Part shown: one piece after another, positions 57,987 to 64,000 of the stretch
How positions within the stretch are numbered: the stretch's first letter is position 1
How the letters are laid out: every line of letters starts with the position of its first letter
NCBI RefSeq assembly: GCF_009914755.1
Contig: NC_060929.1
Direction: 5' to 3' (one strand)
DNA: 64,000 bases
Source of the DNA: the human T2T-CHM13v2.0 reference genome, Homo sapiens
Position numbers and translations under genes: made by a program
Notes under the pieces: generated by a model
Database searches by the model: none
Told to the model about the DNA's origin: nothing
Seen by the model: the letters and a program-made list of their open reading frames with translations, nothing else

Positions 57987-59084
57987 ACACTACCCTGATC
58001 TCCAGAGTCTCTGCCTATTGAGACCATCTGCCTCCTACTTGTCAAAACCAATAGCAGAGATTCCATTCTTCTTTTCTGGGATCTTAGTATAGCTTTTAAC
58101 ACAGATAACCATGCTTTCCTGTAAACCCTCTCCTGCTAACTTTGAGATTACACTCTTGACTCCTCCCTCCCCTTAAATTTTTATTTTCTGCCTTCCTTTC
58201 TGCTTCCTTTCTCCTACTACTCAAACTTACCAGGTTCCATCTTTGGTGTTACTGTCATCTTTCCCAGTGCCTAACCCAATACTATTCCTTGCACATAAGA
58301 GCCCCTCAATAAATGCAGATTATGATTTACAGATTTTTTAACACAAATTTTATGATTTTTTTTTTTTTTTGCAATTTTGTCATTTGTCTGTACCAAAGTT
58401 CTCGGCTGCTTGCAGGATAAATGTCAATTTCCTCAGCCTGGAATTAAAAGCCTTCTCCCATCTGTTCCTCCCACCTGTCACACCTCCCCATCTCTGAGCT
58501 CAGACTTTGCTCAAGTAGTTTCTTCTTCTAGATGTACCCTCTGTGGGAGAGGAATGAAGGTGGCTTCATTCTACACAAAGCATCTCCATCCTCTACAAGG
58601 GTTCAAATTCTTTTTTCAAAGGCAAGCCTGATCATCCAAAGTTACAGCCATTTTTCCCCCTTGAGACTTCCCATCTTTTCTATAACTCATTTAGATGCAT
58701 ACCTCCATGGTAACTTAACTGTTTGGGGAGGGATCTGGGAAGGGAAGATGGGTATACATGTATGGAGTGGGATGGTGTTTGGGGGTGTGAAGGAGTGCAA
58801 GTGTGTGCATGCACATGGGCCTGTGTTGAGCTTCCCTAAGGGCAGACTGAACTCCTTAACTGCTTATGGACATCTATTGTCAAATACAGCAGCAGATGTC
58901 TACTTAGGGCTCAATAAATAGTAGAAATGGATTTTAAGCTGTCAATCTTTACTCTGTGTGCTTCATCCTGAAGGTATTAGAACTCCAGCAAATCACATAT
59001 GCCCAAAAACAAACCTTTGTGTGTGCCACGTGTGGCATGAGGTCCCCTGAGGAATTAAATCATCCAATGGCTTCCTCTCAAAAA

Positions 59085-59845
<761 letters not shown>

Positions 59846-61802
59846 TATATATATTGGTTATAAAAATATATTACATAATTATATGTTATATATAATATAT
59901 ACTTAATATTTAATTTAATATATAATTATATGTTGTGTGTGTATATATATACACACACAAGTAAAATAAGTAAATGAATGAATGAATGTCAGCCAGGCCC
60001 TGTGATAAGTAGACTGTGCAGAAGGCAAGCTGCCCTGTTTGCCTGGCAACCCACCTCACATCCTCCCCTAAGGACTGCAACACTCACAGATGACCCAAAG
60101 CAGCCGAGAAGCAGAAGGTCTCACACTATTTCTCAGTGGGTCGGCACTTTGTTTGGCATCCCCATCAGTAGGCAATTCTTCCAGAAAACAAAATGCACTA
60201 GACCCACAAGATACACTGGAGCATCTCAGAAGCTAAGCTCCTCTGCAAAGAGAGGATGAGTCACAAGAAGGCTTTCCTCTCTCTTTCGTACTATGCCATC
60301 TTAAGCAAGAACCCTCTTCTCTGAGCTTACCTATGGTACAGTGCAAATACCTACCGTGCAAGACTACTGTATTCTTGTGCAGGTAAAAAATGTATGATAC
60401 CTCAAACACTTGTAATGGTGTTCGGTGCAAAGCAGACCCTCAACAATGGTAGCTGTCGTTATTTTCATATTACCTTTATTTCACAGCATTATACATTCTA
60501 GAAATGAAGTTCAGAGTTATCCTTTCAAACACCTTCAAGAAAATGGCAACTTCTTCTCATTGCCAAATCCCCAAGAAAAAGGAATTGTAAATTTATCAGA
60601 GATTTGGCAATACTACATCAAATTAAAAAAAACATATAACCAACCACCGGCTAGCTCCAGCAGCCACAAAGAATGATAAAGGAATGGACTTAGAAAAGAT
60701 TCCGAACTATTGGACCTTTAGACTCACTGAGCAATGGACTTTCCTAGCGCCTCCAGGCTGTGCCTGTTTCAGCATTTCTGAAGAGCAGAGCGGCTGCGCT
60801 ACTATAGTTGGTGATACTATAACTAAATCTAATACGACACACCAGAAAATGCCACTGAACATGAGGAAATAACACTGATGATGCCCTTGAGACTTGGCTC
60901 TCAAATGATATGAGCCATTTCTTCCTGCGGGGGGAATTGTCTCTGTCCTTCTCACACATTCAGGTGTGCGTATGTGTGATGCAACTTCAAGTAGAGATAA
61001 TGATTGAAATTAGAGATGAGAGAATTATTAGGTCAGCAGGCCCACTGCAATATTCAAGAAAAGGACTTGAGGTAATTGGATCTTTAAAATGAAAAATGTA
61101 AAACCAGAAAAGTAGATACCGCTCTGTGCTGAGCACTCACAGAGGAAGTAAAGCAAAACACACATCTTCAAACAAGAGTCAGTCTTAAGATCTGGAGGGG
61201 TGCGGGTAAGTCCAGAAGATTTTTCATCTTCAGGAAGAAAGGGCTTCAGACTTTCCTGTACCAATCTTCACTGTGCACTTTACCCATGCCCTGTCTGTAC
61301 TGAGCTGCAAGACAAGTGCTGACAGACGAGAACCTCAGGGACATGGGAGTAAAACATTTGGCATGTGATGGAATGCTGGAAAATAATCATTTATTGAGGT
61401 CTCCAAGAGACACTGCAGAGGCCACTTACCAAGTAGAACAAAAACATTTTCCCCACATTGAGAAAGAACAAAGATGTTGCCTTAGGTCCTTTATTGTGTT
61501 TTGTGATCAGTGATATCCACATACCATCAATTATATAATCACATCTCGAAGACTGGGTGGATTATTCCAGCAACTTAAATCCTCTCTGGACCTTGAAAAT
61601 ATTTGAGGATCAAATGAGAGAAATTATGATAATTTTTTTTCAAAACAGCTACATGTATTTTCTTTATATCTTTGATAGACTCTAGTTCGGTATTTCATAA
61701 GCTACTCAACACATTTAGTAGTACAACTTTCACATAGTTAATGATGGAAATAGGAATAACATGAAAGATTATTATCAGTTGCTATTTGTACTAGTTTATA
61801 TA

Positions 61803-61883
61803 ATACATATACATCTAGATATATATATACATATACATACATGTATACATATACACACATGTATACATATACACATATATACA
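61803..61883. repeat. (TA/CA)-rich simple repeat
   Basis: Seen directly in the sequence. Confidence 0.85.
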
Positions 61884-61924
61884 ATTGCAGATCCCCCATA
61901 AGTCAAGCATTTCTAAATTTTCTA

Positions 61925-62322
61925 TGTATATTAACTTAACTTCTAGGGTACATGTGCACAATGTGAAGATTTGTTACATATGTATACATGTGCCATGTTG
62001 GTGTGCTGCACCCATTAACTCGTCATTTACATTAGGTATATCTCCTAACACTATCCCTCCCCCCTCCCCCCACCCCACAACAGGCCCTGGTGTGTGATGT
62101 TCCCCTTCCTGTGTCCAAGTGTTCTCATTGTTCAATTCCCACAATAGCAAAGACTTGGAACCAACCCAAATGTCCATTAATGATAGACTGGATTAAGAAA
62201 ATGTGGCACATATACACCATGGAATACTATGCAGCCATAAAAAAGGATGAGTTCATGTCCTTTGTAGGGATGTGGATGAAGCTGGAAACCATCATTCTCA
62301 GCAAATTATCACAAAGACAGAA
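61925..62322 (-). mobile_element. Short 5'-inverted L1PA on the minus strand (antisense 3'UTR 61925-62140, sense ORF2 end 62141-62322)
   Basis: Strand switch at CAATTCCCAC|AATAGCAAAG with CAC microhomology. Confidence 0.9.
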
Positions 62323-62517
62323 GTGGGTACTGCTAGTATCCAAACTGTACAGATGAGGCAACTGAAACAAGAAGTTTGGAAACGAATGCAACATTCCCTT
62401 CAGAGCCCATTTGGAAGACAGGCAGTCAGGCTCCAGAATCCATGTTTTTTACCAACAGGAAAAACCAATACATACAAAGCACACTTATCCACAGATACAG
62501 CACTTTGACCTGGGCAA

Positions 62518-62820
<303 letters not shown>

Positions 62821-63099
62821 CATTTTCTTGTCTAAATTAACACTGAGTAAGCCTTTCATTATTCACTGAACATATTCAGCCAACTGCAATAATTGTTCAA
62901 ACAAAGAATTGAAGGAAATGGTTCCAAACTGAAGCTAGTTTGGAAAATCTGGAGCAAGATAATCCACTGAGATTTGAACATATCATATTAAAGATTTTTT
63001 TTTTGCCTTTAATACTGTTTGGAGTTTTCATGAGCTGTGAAGACTCAAGGGAATAAGCCAAAGTATCCTTGCAGAAATTCTGAATACCACTAAAATGAG

Positions 63100-63275
63100 C
63101 TGTCAAACATAAATCAGTATCTGGCTATTTTTCGACCTATTTATAAAAGTGCAGCTGTGAAATACCTCTAAAATACAAATCTGAGTACATTTATCTGAAG
63201 ATGGTACTTTTAGCAAAAACCTTTTCAAACAAACAAATGCCATCTGTCAAAAACAAAATAATTGCATTGTGTCAA
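63100..63275. promoter_or_regulatory. Candidate enhancer motif cluster (MEIS, PBX-HOX, MEF2, E-box)
   Basis: CTGTCA 63100, ATAAATCA 63109, CTATTTATAA 63137, CAGCTG 63152, CATCTGTCA 63241, in non-repetitive-looking DNA. Confidence 0.35.
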
Positions 63276-64000
63276 AATGTTGGGGGTGAAGTATTTAAGT
63301 TCCCTGTGTAGCTGGTATGATAGATCGTGGAATTTCACCTGGTGTCAGCTTCATTCCAGCTGCCCCAGGGCTTAATGCTGGCATCAGCCCAGGTCTGGTT
63401 TTTATTGAAAGAAGAAGAAATGTGTCAGAACCAGAAAGGATTTCTGGATTTCCACTGAATACTCTCAAAGGTTCTAAGATTTCATGTTCAAGATGAATGC
63501 AGACTCTAAAATTACTCTAGCATATGTTCCATATCATTTTCAGAATTGATTTTGTTTTCAAAGGTATTAGCCTGTTGTCCTGGAAATTAGACAAAAGCCA
63601 CATGTTCCCAATGCCCTTTTCCGTGTTCATTCTCAAAAACTGTACATTAGTTTTATTAAACAAAATCAACCAGGAAAAATCATTACAAAAAGAATTTTCA
63701 GCCTCTTTGAAGCTCAAGATTTATAGAAAAGTAGATACATGCCAGAACCATATGAGTTCTGAGCAAACGCAGATGGCCCCTATTGGTATTGTTTCATTCG
63801 ACAACAATTTTTGATCACTGATTCATTGTCATATCCATCCAACTGGAAAACTCCAGGCATTTTGTTTAATTACAGCCAACAGCCTGATGCGTAGAAAGAT
63901 CTGATTGCTGATTATTAAAATTCAAGTCTCTTAAGTAGAAATTTGGGATAATCTAAAATAGAGATAGATCTCTGAACTGCTTTTAAGGAAAAAATGCCAC

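Noticed and set aside
59850-59960. AT-rich quasi-palindromic stretch (also 4848-4890)
   Set aside because: Low-complexity tails of L1M and FLAM elements; symmetry is expected by chance.

Overview
Catarrhine primate (most likely human) genomic DNA: AT-rich, heavily repeat-derived, with no recognisable host protein-coding exon. The main structure is a nested insertion at 6.9-21.3 kb. An L1PA15/16-like element was interrupted by an L1PA14-like element, which was in turn interrupted by an Alu and by a 9.47-kb HERV9 provirus. The provirus has two LTR12-family LTRs, a GCAT target-site duplication (TSD), an Arg-tRNA primer-binding site (PBS) and a polypurine tract (PPT). Its gag is fused to pro/pol by a deletion, and pol and env are dead. 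The rest holds more L1s (two with twin-priming inversions, one long old L1M-type copy), about 14 Alus or Alu monomers, solo LTRs (THE1D x2, MER41 x2, MER93-like, MLT1, LTR1/MER52-class) and MER58/MER5/MIR/L2 relics. I found no well-supported new biological system. The best unexplained signals are: (i) two apparent locally templated insertion scars built from nearby L1 DNA; (ii) a perfect 23-bp inverted repeat; (iii) a MER41A LTR followed by a perfect splice donor, with possible minus-strand non-coding exons; (iv) a compact MEIS/PBX-HOX/MEF2/E-box cluster; (v) an old 130-150 bp dispersed duplication. Repeat subfamily names come from remembered consensus sequences and need RepeatMasker/Dfam confirmation.
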